From an uncultured bacterium (GTDB lineage: Bacteria; Acidobacteriota; Thermoanaerobaculia; Multivoradales; JAHZIX01): 64,000 bases of DNA. Position numbers and translations under genes: made by a program. The notes under the pieces are model-generated. The model was not told where the DNA came from. It searched no databases and was given only the letters and a program-made list of their open reading frames with translations. Positions within the stretch are counted from its first letter, which is position 1. Each line of letters opens with the position of its first letter. Location: contig CBDUPA010000004.1 in assembly GCA_965368975.1 (NCBI GenBank), positions 96,001-160,000 of the forward strand, in the 5' to 3' direction. Positions 45,482-55,275 of the stretch are shown piece after piece.

Positions 45482-47336
45482 GGCTGAAACTCGTCGAGCG
45501 CGCCGCTACGTCGACCTGCGTCGCGAGGTTCCGGTGCTGGTGCCGACGGCGGTGCTGTTGCTGGTGGTCCTGTCGACCTTCACCCTGGTGTCGTATCGCA
45601 ACGCGGTGCACCTGCTGATCGAACAGCGCCAGTGGGAGGCCGAACGCCTGGCGACCACCATCGCGCGCCAGCTGGACGGAGAGCGCTTGCCGGATTCGAC
45701 GCGGCTCGGCGAGTTCGCACCACAGGCGGTAGGGATCGCGGTGATCGGTCCTGACGGTCATCCCCAGGTACACACCGGCGAAACGTCGCAGCCGTTGCCG
45801 GTGCACCAGGCCGAAACCCATCTGCACACCTTCGGTCCGAGTGAAGATGTGCCGGGACTGACCGTCGCCCTGGTGCCCTTGGGCGAGGGGCGCTGGTTAC
45901 GCTTGGACTTGCCGGCCCTCATTCTCGACGCCCAGCGTCGCGGGCTGCGCGTGCTGACAGTGTTGGTGTTGATGCTCAACGTGGCTCTCAGCACCTACAT
46001 CTTGCTGTTGCTACGTCAACTCATGCTGCCGTACCAGACACTACTGGAGCGAGCGCGGGAGATCGGGCCGCGAGGCCGTGAAAAGCTGCGCGGTGACGAG
46101 GAGGTCAACTTCCTGCTCGACACCTTCGAGCAGGCGCTGCGAGCTCTGTCGCATCGGGAGGGGAGCGGCCGGGACGGCGATGGCGAGCGTGAAGCCGACG
46201 AAGATCTGCAAGTGCTGGAGCGAACCCTGCTGGCGAGCGTCGAGAGCGGGCTCCTGCTGCTCGATCGAGCTGGCGACGTCTTGGCGATCAACCGCGTCGG
46301 AGAGTCGCTGCTGCACGTGGCGCGTCCCGAAGCAGGCACCCCGCTGTCTGAAGCTCTGGCGCCGCACTCGCGGCTGGCTGCGTTGTTGCTCGACGCCGCG
46401 CAGCGGCAGCAGGAGCTGCAGCGGCAGGAATGTACCGTGCAGGTGGACGATGAGATCCGCACACTCGGGCTGGCCGTCCATCCGCTGCGCCGCGACGACG
46501 GCCGGGTGCGTGGCTACCTGGTGCTGTTCGCCGATCTCACCGAGATGCAGCAGCAGGCAGCGGAGGAGCGTCTGGCGGAGAGTCTGGCCCGGCTCGGTGA
46601 GCTGGCCGGTGGTATCGCGCACGAGATGCGCAACAGTCTGGCGACCCTGCGTGGCTACCTGGCGCTGATCGAGCGCAAGCCGGAAGAAGAGTCGCTGAAA
46701 GACTATCTGCGAGAGATCCGGCACGAGACCGACCACCTGCAACGGGTGCTCGAAGACTTCCTGTCCTTCGCGCGTCCGGGTACCGTGCGTCTGGAGCCGC
46801 TTCTGTTGGCCCAGTTGATTCATCGGGCGGCGGCCGATCCGGCGCTCGCCGGCATGCCGGTGCGGGTGCTGAGTGAGGAGCCGGGACAGTTGAAAGGGGA
46901 CCCCCAGCTACTCGAGCGGGCCCTGCGCAACCTCCTGCACAATGCGGCCGAAGCACATCGTGACAGTGGATGCAAGGGACCGGTCGAGGTCTCCCTGGTG
47001 CGCAACCAGCAGCGGCTGGAGGTGCTGATCGACGACCGTGGCCCGGGCTTGCCGGCTGGAGTTCGCGAGCGGCTGTTCGAACCCTTCGCCGCTGGACGGC
47101 GTTCGGGCGTCGGCCTTGGCTTGGCGTTGGCGCACCGCATCCTGGCGCTGCACGGGGCGCGCCTGCAATTGGAGGATCGTGAGGGCGGCGGCACCCGGGC
47201 TCGTTTGCAGTTTCCGAAGGAGGCTGCGAATTCTGCTACTGAAGGTAACAATTCGAGATCAGAGTCCGGGGCTCTGGAGTTGCCCGGCGACGAGATCGAG
47301 GTCCAGGCAGAAGAGCAAGCAACTACAGATCAGTGA
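45450..47336 (+). CDS. PilS/NtrB-like PAS sensor histidine kinase
   Basis: Two TM helices, a PAS domain, H-box IAHEMRNSL, N-box NLLHNA, DRGPG, GVGLGL; SD GGAGG before ATG 45450. Confidence 0.88.
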   Translation: MPTPASFSGRKAETRRARRYVDLRREVPVLVPTAVLLLVVLSTFTLVSYRNAVHLLIEQRQWEAERLATTIARQLDGERLPDSTRLGEFAPQAVGIAVIGPDGHPQVHTGETSQPLPVHQAETHLHTFGPSEDVPGLTVALVPLGEGRWLRLDLPALILDAQRRGLRVLTVLVLMLNVALSTYILLLLRQLMLPYQTLLERAREIGPRGREKLRGDEEVNFLLDTFEQALRALSHREGSGRDGDGEREADEDLQVLERTLLASVESGLLLLDRAGDVLAINRVGESLLHVARPEAGTPLSEALAPHSRLAALLLDAAQRQQELQRQECTVQVDDEIRTLGLAVHPLRRDDGRVRGYLVLFADLTEMQQQAAEERLAESLARLGELAGGIAHEMRNSLATLRGYLALIERKPEEESLKDYLREIRHETDHLQRVLEDFLSFARPGTVRLEPLLLAQLIHRAAADPALAGMPVRVLSEEPGQLKGDPQLLERALRNLLHNAAEAHRDSGCKGPVEVSLVRNQQRLEVLIDDRGPGLPAGVRERLFEPFAAGRRSGVGLGLALAHRILALHGARLQLEDREGGGTRARLQFPKEAANSATEGNNSRSESGALELPGDEIEVQAEEQATTDQ

Positions 47337-47358
47337 TTTATCCCGGATGCGAGGAGGG

Positions 47359-47373
47359 TGGCATAGCCTTTGC
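47359..47373 (+). promoter_or_regulatory. sigma54 (-24/-12) promoter of the minor pilin operon
   Basis: TGGCAT-AGCCT-TTGC with exact GG-N10-GC spacing, downstream of a PilS-like kinase and upstream of fimT. Confidence 0.75.
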
Positions 47374-47386
47374 TGTATAAGCCAGC

Positions 47387-48064
47387 ATGAGACGACAAGC
47401 CGCCACCCCGCAATGCACCAGAGCCGGTTTTACCTTGATCGAGCTGCTCTTCGTGATGCTGCTCATGCTCGCGTTGTCTCTGGTCGCTGTTCCCGAGGTG
47501 CTGAAGTCACTCTATCGAGCACAACTAGACAGTGGGACGCGGGCGGTTCAGATTGTCACTGCCCGAGCTCGCCAGAGTGCTGTGCTTCATCAGAGCAGAG
47601 TCATTGTGCTCACTGGGCAGACAACTCCGACGGAGCCAGATTCAACCCCTGAGTTGTACCTTTTGGCCTTCGCTCCGGACAACGTCGCCGTGCCACTTCA
47701 ACTGGAGATGCGCCACTTGCCGAACGTTGTCCTGGAGGGGCCGCCTGCCAGCCCAGCCGCGACGGCCGGTCTGGTCACCGTGGACACCTCTACCTGGCCG
47801 GCTGTGGAGTCGCCACATGGCACCTTGACCCTGGCCGGGGAAGGAATGGTGTTCCTGCCAGACGGTTCTGTGCAACAGGTCGGTGCCTGGCGCCTCGCCC
47901 ATCAAAGCGAGAAGACGTTCTCGCTGTCGGATTCGTCGACCCGGGTCGAGCGCTTCGACTACCGCGAGCTAGAGGTGTCGATTCCGGCCACGGGTCGCCT
48001 AGCGCTGAACTTGTGGAAGCGGGACTCGGAGACCTTCGAACGCGCTAAGCCGGTAGTCGACTGA
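47387..48064 (+). CDS. FimT/FimU/GspH-like minor pilin
   Basis: AG|FTLIEL; ARARQSAV; VFLPDG. Confidence 0.8.
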   Translation: MRRQAATPQCTRAGFTLIELLFVMLLMLALSLVAVPEVLKSLYRAQLDSGTRAVQIVTARARQSAVLHQSRVIVLTGQTTPTEPDSTPELYLLAFAPDNVAVPLQLEMRHLPNVVLEGPPASPAATAGLVTVDTSTWPAVESPHGTLTLAGEGMVFLPDGSVQQVGAWRLAHQSEKTFSLSDSSTRVERFDYRELEVSIPATGRLALNLWKRDSETFERAKPVVD

Positions 48065-48090
48065 ACGGACTTTCGTCAAAGGAAGCAAGT

Positions 48091-48723
48091 ATGCGCCGCA
48101 AACTACCAACACATCGCATTCGGTCAGCCCGTCGGTCTGCAGGCTTCAGCTTGCCAGAGGTGTTGGTCGCAGCACTTCTGCTCTTGATCGTCTCCTTGGG
48201 ACTGATCCCTCTGTTCATGACCGCTATGGTGAACAACTCCTATGGCGAAGAGAGTACGCGTCTCGCAGCCAGGGGACGTGCGGCCGTGGAGGAGTTCTTG
48301 CAGCTCAACTTCGATCACGAGGATGTCGATGTTCCGGTTGGGGCCACCGAGTTGATGGTCGAACAGCAGTGGGATCCGCAGGAACGCACCTGGGTAGACG
48401 GGACAGGTTTGGTCAGTGCGGCCAGCTCGCTGCGCTGGAGTCGACAGGTGCGGGTGCAACAGTTCAGCATCAACGGTGCCCGCGATGTGGATGGTGACGG
48501 TGTGATCGATGTGATCGAAGGCCTCGAAGATCAAGCCGGGCGAAGCGGGCATCCTGACCCTCGCGACGGTCGCTTCGACAATCCGCTCAGCGGCGCCGTG
48601 AACGACTCTCAGTTCGTCCACCTCAAGTCTCTCGAAGTCGTTGTCGCCGGTCCGCACCTGCAACTCACGCGCACCTCGTTGGGTGGTCGTGTGTTCAGCG
48701 TCACCACGTTGAAGACTTTCTGA
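48091..48723 (+). CDS. pilV: PilV-like minor pilin
   Basis: AG|FSLPEVLVAALLL; position in the fimT-V-W-X-Y1 order; DVDGDG loop. Confidence 0.75.
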   Translation: MRRKLPTHRIRSARRSAGFSLPEVLVAALLLLIVSLGLIPLFMTAMVNNSYGEESTRLAARGRAAVEEFLQLNFDHEDVDVPVGATELMVEQQWDPQERTWVDGTGLVSAASSLRWSRQVRVQQFSINGARDVDGDGVIDVIEGLEDQAGRSGHPDPRDGRFDNPLSGAVNDSQFVHLKSLEVVVAGPHLQLTRTSLGGRVFSVTTLKTF

Positions 48724-48742
48724 AGGTGAAGAGGATGAACGC

Positions 48743-50134
48743 ATGTTACGCCGTCTAGACCAGACATCTCCCCAGGCAGGATTCTCGCTCTTCGAGCTGC
48801 TGATCGCCCTGGCGATGACAGCCATGCTGATGGTTGGCGCGCTCGGTCTCTTCGATGCGATGAACAAGCTCACGCGCGTGCAAACCAACCTCTCCAACGT
48901 TCAGCAGGTCATGCGCGTGACGCAGACTGACCTGGTTCGTCATCTGCGAATGGCTGGTCGCGGTGGCCTCGCCGCACGGCTGAACAGCGTTCTGCCGGTG
49001 GCGACTAGCTTCCAAGGAGTCAACCTGGATGCTTTGGAGCTGCGAACCAATCTTGGAGACAGCGGTTCACCGCGCCTCGTTTCGTCGACGGCTGGAGCAC
49101 CGAATGCCTTGCAGGGTAGTGACATGCTGATCGTGCGTGGTGTCTTCAACACGCCGCTCTACCAGATTCGGCAAAGTCACGACCTGGTTTTGCAAGACGA
49201 TTCTCTGACCGACGTGGATCCAGTCAGTGCTGTGCGCGGCATCGTCACGGTTTGCGCCAACGGGGATGGCATCGAGCAGACGGTAGCTCCCTTGACGCAA
49301 CTGATCGCCGACGGTGAGAAAGAGCCGATGGTGATGGTGAATCGGGTGAATCAGGCACAGGTCGTCGTGGTAGAAGCTGACTTCGGTTCCACGAATTCCG
49401 TCAGCTTCAATGATCCGACAGTTTGTCCGGCAGCCGGACCGAGCAACGGCGTGGGTGTTCGCATCGAGTTCTACATCCGCCGTGCGGGAACTGCGAACCC
49501 CGCCTCTGTCGACCTGGACACCTATCGCTTGCTTTCGAGCGATCCTTCGCTGGCCGCGCTCCCCTCGACCATGCGCAGTGCTGCGCAGATCGGCCTTCTC
49601 GAGGAGTATCGCTACTACTTGCAGGAAGACGCTTCGGGTACCGCGGATCTGGAGCGTGCGCGCATGATTCCCGGTACCGAGACCCTGTGGCGCAACGATC
49701 TGGACAGCATTCAGGTGTTCGCCGACAACATGCTGGATATGCAAGTGGCATTGGGTTTCGACACCTCGCTGGGGAACTGCGCCGGGACGGACTGTTCTTT
49801 CGACGCAGATCTGGACAACGCCGGGTTGGACGACTTGATCTACGAGGCGAACGATGGTGATGACGACGATTGGCTGTTCAACAGTTCTGATGACGACCCA
49901 ACCGCCGCGATCTGGCAAGTTGGGGCCGCCATCACGGCTGACGTGCCGGACCTACACCTGATCAGGCTGAGCTTGATCGGTCGTACCGAAGGCGCCGATC
50001 CCTACTACGAGGCTCCTGACTTACAGGACTTGGAAGATAGTGATTATGGCGCACGCGATCTCAACGATTGGCCCGAAACGCGGTTTCGACGCCGGCAGTT
50101 GCAGACGGTAATCGAGCTTAGGAACCAGCTCTGA
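48743..50134 (+). CDS. pilW: PilW-like minor pilin (463 aa)
   Basis: AG|FSLFELLIAL; LRMAG; ADNMLDMQVALGFD; C-terminal VIELRN. Confidence 0.85.
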   Translation: MLRRLDQTSPQAGFSLFELLIALAMTAMLMVGALGLFDAMNKLTRVQTNLSNVQQVMRVTQTDLVRHLRMAGRGGLAARLNSVLPVATSFQGVNLDALELRTNLGDSGSPRLVSSTAGAPNALQGSDMLIVRGVFNTPLYQIRQSHDLVLQDDSLTDVDPVSAVRGIVTVCANGDGIEQTVAPLTQLIADGEKEPMVMVNRVNQAQVVVVEADFGSTNSVSFNDPTVCPAAGPSNGVGVRIEFYIRRAGTANPASVDLDTYRLLSSDPSLAALPSTMRSAAQIGLLEEYRYYLQEDASGTADLERARMIPGTETLWRNDLDSIQVFADNMLDMQVALGFDTSLGNCAGTDCSFDADLDNAGLDDLIYEANDGDDDDWLFNSSDDDPTAAIWQVGAAITADVPDLHLIRLSLIGRTEGADPYYEAPDLQDLEDSDYGARDLNDWPETRFRRRQLQTVIELRNQL

Positions 50135-50139
50135 GTTGC

Positions 50140-50161
50140 GCTCTGAGCCCAGGCTCAGAGC
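50140..50161. other. Perfect 10-bp inverted repeat after the pilW stop (no U-tract)
   Basis: GCTCTGAGCC-CA-GGCTCAGAGC. Confidence 0.7.
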
Positions 50162-50283
50162 TAGACAAGGGTTGGTGGTAGTCAAATGACATGCAGGATC
50201 GTCCGGTCCGTTCGGGCTGGCGAAAAAGAGGGGGGAGCTCCAACATGCAGGAGAGCCCCCGACATGCAGGGAGTTGAAATCCG

Positions 50284-50898
50284 ATGAGTGTGAAAAACGC
50301 TTCTAAGCGCGTTGGATCATGGAATTCGCAGGGCGGTAGCGCCTTCGTTGCCGCCCTGCTCTTGATTATCGTGTTGACCGTGCTCGGCGTCACTCTGGTG
50401 CTGACGACCCAGACCGAGCGACGCATCGGTGCCAATGAGCGAACCGGTGAGCGTAACTTCTACGCTGCGGACGCGGCACTGCGCTTGGGGTTGGTCAAGT
50501 TCATGGCTCTCAAGGACTACCGGCCGCTGCGTCTGGATACGGTGGAACCGGTCGTGGTCGATGGAGTGACTCGGTCAGGCAATGTACAGGCTCGTGATCT
50601 GGACGGCAATCTCCGGCAAATGGGAATCGAGACTCGGCTCCAGGTGTCGGCCATCTATCCGATCAACAATAGCCGTAGCTCACTCGGCATGATCAATCAG
50701 GGTGCGCACTACTACAACATCAACCATGCGGTTGTAGCTAGCGCGACGCGCATCGTGCCAAGACCCGACGCATCCGGATTACCGCCCATCATGAGCACCA
50801 AGCAACTGAGCGTGATGTTCATGGCGGATCCTCTGCCATCGCCGAATGCACAGGCGCTGGCCACCATTGACACCAGTGAACTCAGCAACAAGTTCTAG
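50284..50898 (+). CDS. pilX: PilX-like minor pilin
   Basis: GG|SAFVAALLLIIVLTVLG (no Glu5); ERRIGAN...NFYAADAAL. Confidence 0.85.
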   Translation: MSVKNASKRVGSWNSQGGSAFVAALLLIIVLTVLGVTLVLTTQTERRIGANERTGERNFYAADAALRLGLVKFMALKDYRPLRLDTVEPVVVDGVTRSGNVQARDLDGNLRQMGIETRLQVSAIYPINNSRSSLGMINQGAHYYNINHAVVASATRIVPRPDASGLPPIMSTKQLSVMFMADPLPSPNAQALATIDTSELSNKF

Positions 50899-50952
50899 TT
50901 GCCACCTTCGATGTGCCGGTGGTTCCTGGCGAGCCGGTGTAGGAGTCCAACA

Positions 50953-53900
50953 ATGAAAACTCTCAGAAGCGCTTCCTTGGTCCTCGTGACTGGTCTGCTG
51001 GTAATGGTTACTCTGGCGTTGTCTGTGCAGGCTGACGACAGAGCTCTGCTCAATGCACAGAGTGGTGAGCCATACGTGTTCGTACTCTTCGACACCTCCG
51101 GCTCAATGCATTGGACTCCTTTCTGTTCACAAGCCGACTTCGACGCCGGGGAGTGCGCCCCCCTGTGCACGGTCGGCAATTGCAATGCTTGGACGAACGG
51201 AGACGATCCGGTATCCAAGCTCTACCAGGCCAAGAAGGTCTTGTACGAGACCGTCGAATCTGCCACGCGTGTGCACTTCGGTTTTGCTACCTACAACCAG
51301 GACGACCTCGGTGTCCTCGACAAGCATTGGATCTACAAGCCACGCACTACGGGAATCGAACTCGTCAGCGGCAACTTCTATCCCGACCCGGACTTCACCG
51401 CTCCAGATGGAGCCCAGGAGTGGCAGGAGATCTTCGGTGATCGCGATTCCTGCACCTCGAGCAGCCGGACGGGTTGTGACTATAACCGTCCCGCAGACAT
51501 GGATGACGCGTGGGAGTTGGAGCGGGTCTGGCGCTACCCAAAAATCGACGATGACCTCAACGACACGGTCTCGTTTTATGTCCGCGATACCGACAACCGG
51601 ACCTACCGGGTGTACTACAGCCACGCTTCTGGCTACGGCTCTGAGACGATGGGTTCCGACACCATCCACATCTCGGTTCGTGTTCGCCGATACAACATCT
51701 CTAACGGTAACTACTACAGCAGTTTCGACAGGACGACGGTAGTGCCCTTCGATCTCGTCTACACGGACCTCGACGGCGACGGTACCGTTGATGCACCGAC
51801 CGAATTCCTGATGTGGGAGAACGGTGCCCGGAGAGGACCGAGACAGCGTGGCTACACTTCCACCGACGATTTGACCGCCTCCGGAACCTGTGATGGTTGG
51901 GACCCGAACAATCCGGTGGCCAGCGTCGGTGGTCTGCGGGCCAACGACGATGACGACTTCTACGGCAGCTACCGCTTGCGCTTCCCGAGTCAGACGGCCG
52001 ACTTCCGTGACGTCCCGACTGGCAATGACCTATTCCTGGTCGGGGATGTGGTGCCTTTCGACTGGTTGAATGATCAGCGGCAGACCATCCTGGACCGATT
52101 GGCGCCCAACCGCGTGAGTCAGGGCAGCAATGCCAACTTCATCCCGGACTTCGGTTCCGCTCGCTATCTCAATGATCTGCCGGTGAGTGGCCGTTTGACG
52201 CTCAAGGACACAAATGAGCGCCCCATCATCTCCACAGGGTCGACGCCGATCGGCTACTCGGTGCGCAACTTCGATGCTTGGTACGCTGATTGGAGGAAGC
52301 GCGCCGATGGCACGATTTCTATTCCGGGCGGTGCCGATGAGAGCTTTGGTTGCCGCCGCAAATTCCTGCTCGTGCTCACGGATGGTGAAGAGACTTGCGG
52401 CAACAGCCCCTGTGACGAAACCCGAGACCTGTTCGATGATCAGAACGTCCAGACCTTCGTGGTTGGCTACGGCTTGCAGAACAGCACGACCTTGAACTGT
52501 ATGCCATGGTTCTTCCCGCTGGAGGTCGAAGACGACGATCTACGCTGTCGCGGTACCTACGACGGTCAGTGCTACGACTGCCCGCAGGCCGACCTGCAGA
52601 CCCGGGCACATCCGGTGACGGGTGAGACGGTGCCAGTGTGCCGTGAGCCCTTCTTCGCCGCGTCGGCTTCAGAGCTCAAGGACGCCTTGTCCAACATCAT
52701 TCAGCTGGTCTCGACCGAGACACGGAGCTTCTCCTCGGCCGCGGTCCCGTCGGTGCAGGCAGAGGAGGCGGACAAGATCTACCTCTCGAGCTTCGTCCCA
52801 ACGCTGGACAGTCCCATCTGGCCCGGCCGTATGGACGCTTTCCTGCGGCCGTTGCCACTCAAAGAGGTGGTTGGTGAGAACGGTGAGATCAACCTGATTC
52901 CCGACGCCTCGATCGAGTGCAGCTCCAGTGTCGAGAGCAGTTGTCACCTGTGGAACGTCAACGATCCTGAGAACTACGATACGTTGCTCGATCAGCTCCC
53001 TGCCGCCGCGCAATCGGCAGTTCGTCTGACCAACGTCACCGCGATCCAGGCGGCGCTCAACGGCATGCTGGACTACGGCGATGCTTCGTACGATGACAGC
53101 GACTTCCAGAGCTGGCTGGGTGCTGCCAGCAGCAAGCGGCGTGTGCTGTACGCGCGCCAGGATGGGGCTACCGGTGTAATCCCGGCGGAGACGCGGCTCT
53201 TCCTGCCTCCCGTCAGTTCACTAGTCAACAGTGATGAACTCTGGCGCGATCTCATTCGCAGCCTGGAAATCTGTACCTTCGCTAGTGACACGCATCCATG
53301 CTACGACGCATCGACGGCTCAAGGCCTGGATGCGCGTGACGCCGTGCGCAGGACACAGCGTTTCACCATCATGCCCAAGGTGATCAGGAACCCACAGAAC
53401 GGTGAGGTCTTGCCTTTCGTGATGGGCGATATTTTCCACTCTGACCCCGTGGTCGTTTCGAGCCCCTCGAACTTCCAGTACTTCACAGAGGATATTGGTG
53501 CCGATAGCCTCGGTAACGGTGGCTATCGCGACTACGTGCTCGAGCATCGCACACGTCGGCGTCTCCTCGTCGTTGGCTCGAACGATGGTCAACTGCACGT
53601 CTTCGAAGCGGGCACCTACAGTGCCGGGCTCGACGACCAAGGCAATCTGACCGGCGACTACACGAATGGTACTGGCAAAGAGCTGTTCTCGTTCGTGCCG
53701 CGCGGTGTCAAGCCGACCCTCGAGGCCATGTCGCAACCTGGTGTCACCGACCACCGGTTCACGGTCGACGGTACGGTGCGAGTTGATGACATCTATCTCG
53801 ACCCGGTGCACACTGGTACGCCGACAGCCAGCGAGCGCGAATGGCGCACGCTCTTGATCGGTGGTCTTCGCGAAGGCGGCAAGAGCTACTACGCTCTCGA

Positions 53901-55275
53901 CGTGACGCAGCCGGACGTCATCGACTTCCAGGTTGTCGGGGGCGTGACCACCAAGGTCGGCGAGGCTCAGATCACTACCAACAGCGAAGAGATCCCCACC
54001 TGCTACGGTGTTGCCCCCGGCGGCACGTGTGGTCCGGTTCCGTTCCCGGCGGTACTTTGGGAGTTCTCGGACCCGCTGGACGAAGATGGTGTAGGCGGCA
54101 CCGACCTGGGTGATACCTGGTCGCGCCCCAACACTGGCAGAGTCCGCATCTGCACCGCCGGCACCTGCAACAGCTCGGATGCGGGAACCGTCATTGAAGA
54201 TCGCTACGTCGCCATCTTCGGTGGTGGCATGGATGCCAGTCGCAATAATCAAGAGGGTAACTGGCTCTATATGCTGGACATCGAGACCGGCGAGGTGATT
54301 TGGAAGGTACCGCTGATCGGTTCAGCTCCGAGTGAGCCCGCGGCGGTCGATACGGATGGTGACGGCTATCTGGATACCATCTACATCGGCACCACACTGG
54401 GCTATCTCTACAAGGCCGATATCAGCAAGGCAGTCAAGATCGTCAGCACGACAGTTCCGGATGCGGTCACCGGGACGCTGGTCAGCGTTGACCGCGTCAC
54501 CGACAGTGCTTGGGATCCCTTCCTGGTCTTCACTACGGGTGGTCAGCCGATCTTCTACCCGCCGGCCGTGATCTACATTCCGGATACTGGACACTATGCT
54601 CTGGCCTTTGGCGTTGGGGATCGCGAGGATCTCTGGAGCTCTGTGTACAGCCCGAGCAACGGTCGCTTCTACATGATCGTCGATAATGGTTTCGCTGCGG
54701 GAATGACACCGCGTGTGGAGTCGGACTACCCGAAGATCATTCCGAACTCGAACCTGCCGAACGAGACCAACTTGCTACTGACCAGCCCAGGTGGTTGGTA
54801 CATGGAACTGGACAGCGGGCGGATCGAGCACCTGATCACCCCGCCGTTCGCGATTAGCGGTATTACTGTCTTCAGCACCTACCTTCCCGGTGATGCGATT
54901 GGCGAAGGCGGCTCGGTCTGCGGTCGTACAGGTTCTAGCCGGTTGTACGTAGTCTTCACCACTAACGCCAACGGCGTCATGAAGAACTCGTCCGGGACCA
55001 CGGTGAGATACCGTGAAGTCTCCGACCTGGTGACCAGCCCCTTCGTGCAAGAGGGAACCACCAAGAACAAGCGAGACCCGAATGCTCCCACCGTTTCCCC
55101 ATGCGATGCAGCGGATGTCGCCGACATTCAAGAAATTCTCAAGCAGCAGCTACCGGATTCCTGTACCTTTGGCAACTTCAGCCAGGACATCCTGACACGC
55201 CGTAGCCGCGAGGGGATCGAGTGCATCGCACCGGTGCCGGTGTGCATGATCCAGCACAACTGGAGAGAGTTCTGA
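50953..55275 (+). CDS. pilY1: PilY1/PilC pilus tip adhesin with vWA domain
   Basis: SD AGGAG; signal peptide; MIDAS DTSGSM...TP...LTDG; MGDIFHSDP; VGSNDGQLHVF; GKELFSFVP; GLREGG; DTDGDG Ca-binding loop. Confidence 0.92.
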   Translation: MKTLRSASLVLVTGLLVMVTLALSVQADDRALLNAQSGEPYVFVLFDTSGSMHWTPFCSQADFDAGECAPLCTVGNCNAWTNGDDPVSKLYQAKKVLYETVESATRVHFGFATYNQDDLGVLDKHWIYKPRTTGIELVSGNFYPDPDFTAPDGAQEWQEIFGDRDSCTSSSRTGCDYNRPADMDDAWELERVWRYPKIDDDLNDTVSFYVRDTDNRTYRVYYSHASGYGSETMGSDTIHISVRVRRYNISNGNYYSSFDRTTVVPFDLVYTDLDGDGTVDAPTEFLMWENGARRGPRQRGYTSTDDLTASGTCDGWDPNNPVASVGGLRANDDDDFYGSYRLRFPSQTADFRDVPTGNDLFLVGDVVPFDWLNDQRQTILDRLAPNRVSQGSNANFIPDFGSARYLNDLPVSGRLTLKDTNERPIISTGSTPIGYSVRNFDAWYADWRKRADGTISIPGGADESFGCRRKFLLVLTDGEETCGNSPCDETRDLFDDQNVQTFVVGYGLQNSTTLNCMPWFFPLEVEDDDLRCRGTYDGQCYDCPQADLQTRAHPVTGETVPVCREPFFAASASELKDALSNIIQLVSTETRSFSSAAVPSVQAEEADKIYLSSFVPTLDSPIWPGRMDAFLRPLPLKEVVGENGEINLIPDASIECSSSVESSCHLWNVNDPENYDTLLDQLPAAAQSAVRLTNVTAIQAALNGMLDYGDASYDDSDFQSWLGAASSKRRVLYARQDGATGVIPAETRLFLPPVSSLVNSDELWRDLIRSLEICTFASDTHPCYDASTAQGLDARDAVRRTQRFTIMPKVIRNPQNGEVLPFVMGDIFHSDPVVVSSPSNFQYFTEDIGADSLGNGGYRDYVLEHRTRRRLLVVGSNDGQLHVFEAGTYSAGLDDQGNLTGDYTNGTGKELFSFVPRGVKPTLEAMSQPGVTDHRFTVDGTVRVDDIYLDPVHTGTPTASEREWRTLLIGGLREGGKSYYALDVTQPDVIDFQVVGGVTTKVGEAQITTNSEEIPTCYGVAPGGTCGPVPFPAVLWEFSDPLDEDGVGGTDLGDTWSRPNTGRVRICTAGTCNSSDAGTVIEDRYVAIFGGGMDASRNNQEGNWLYMLDIETGEVIWKVPLIGSAPSEPAAVDTDGDGYLDTIYIGTTLGYLYKADISKAVKIVSTTVPDAVTGTLVSVDRVTDSAWDPFLVFTTGGQPIFYPPAVIYIPDTGHYALAFGVGDREDLWSSVYSPSNGRFYMIVDNGFAAGMTPRVESDYPKIIPNSNLPNETNLLLTSPGGWYMELDSGRIEHLITPPFAISGITVFSTYLPGDAIGEGGSVCGRTGSSRLYVVFTTNANGVMKNSSGTTVRYREVSDLVTSPFVQEGTTKNKRDPNAPTVSPCDAADVADIQEILKQQLPDSCTFGNFSQDILTRRSREGIECIAPVPVCMIQHNWREF

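Noticed and set aside
50191-50277. 28-aa ORF MQDRPVRSGW... in the pilW-pilX gap
   Set aside because: No SD and no recognisable features; it probably arises from the ATG inside the repeat boxes.
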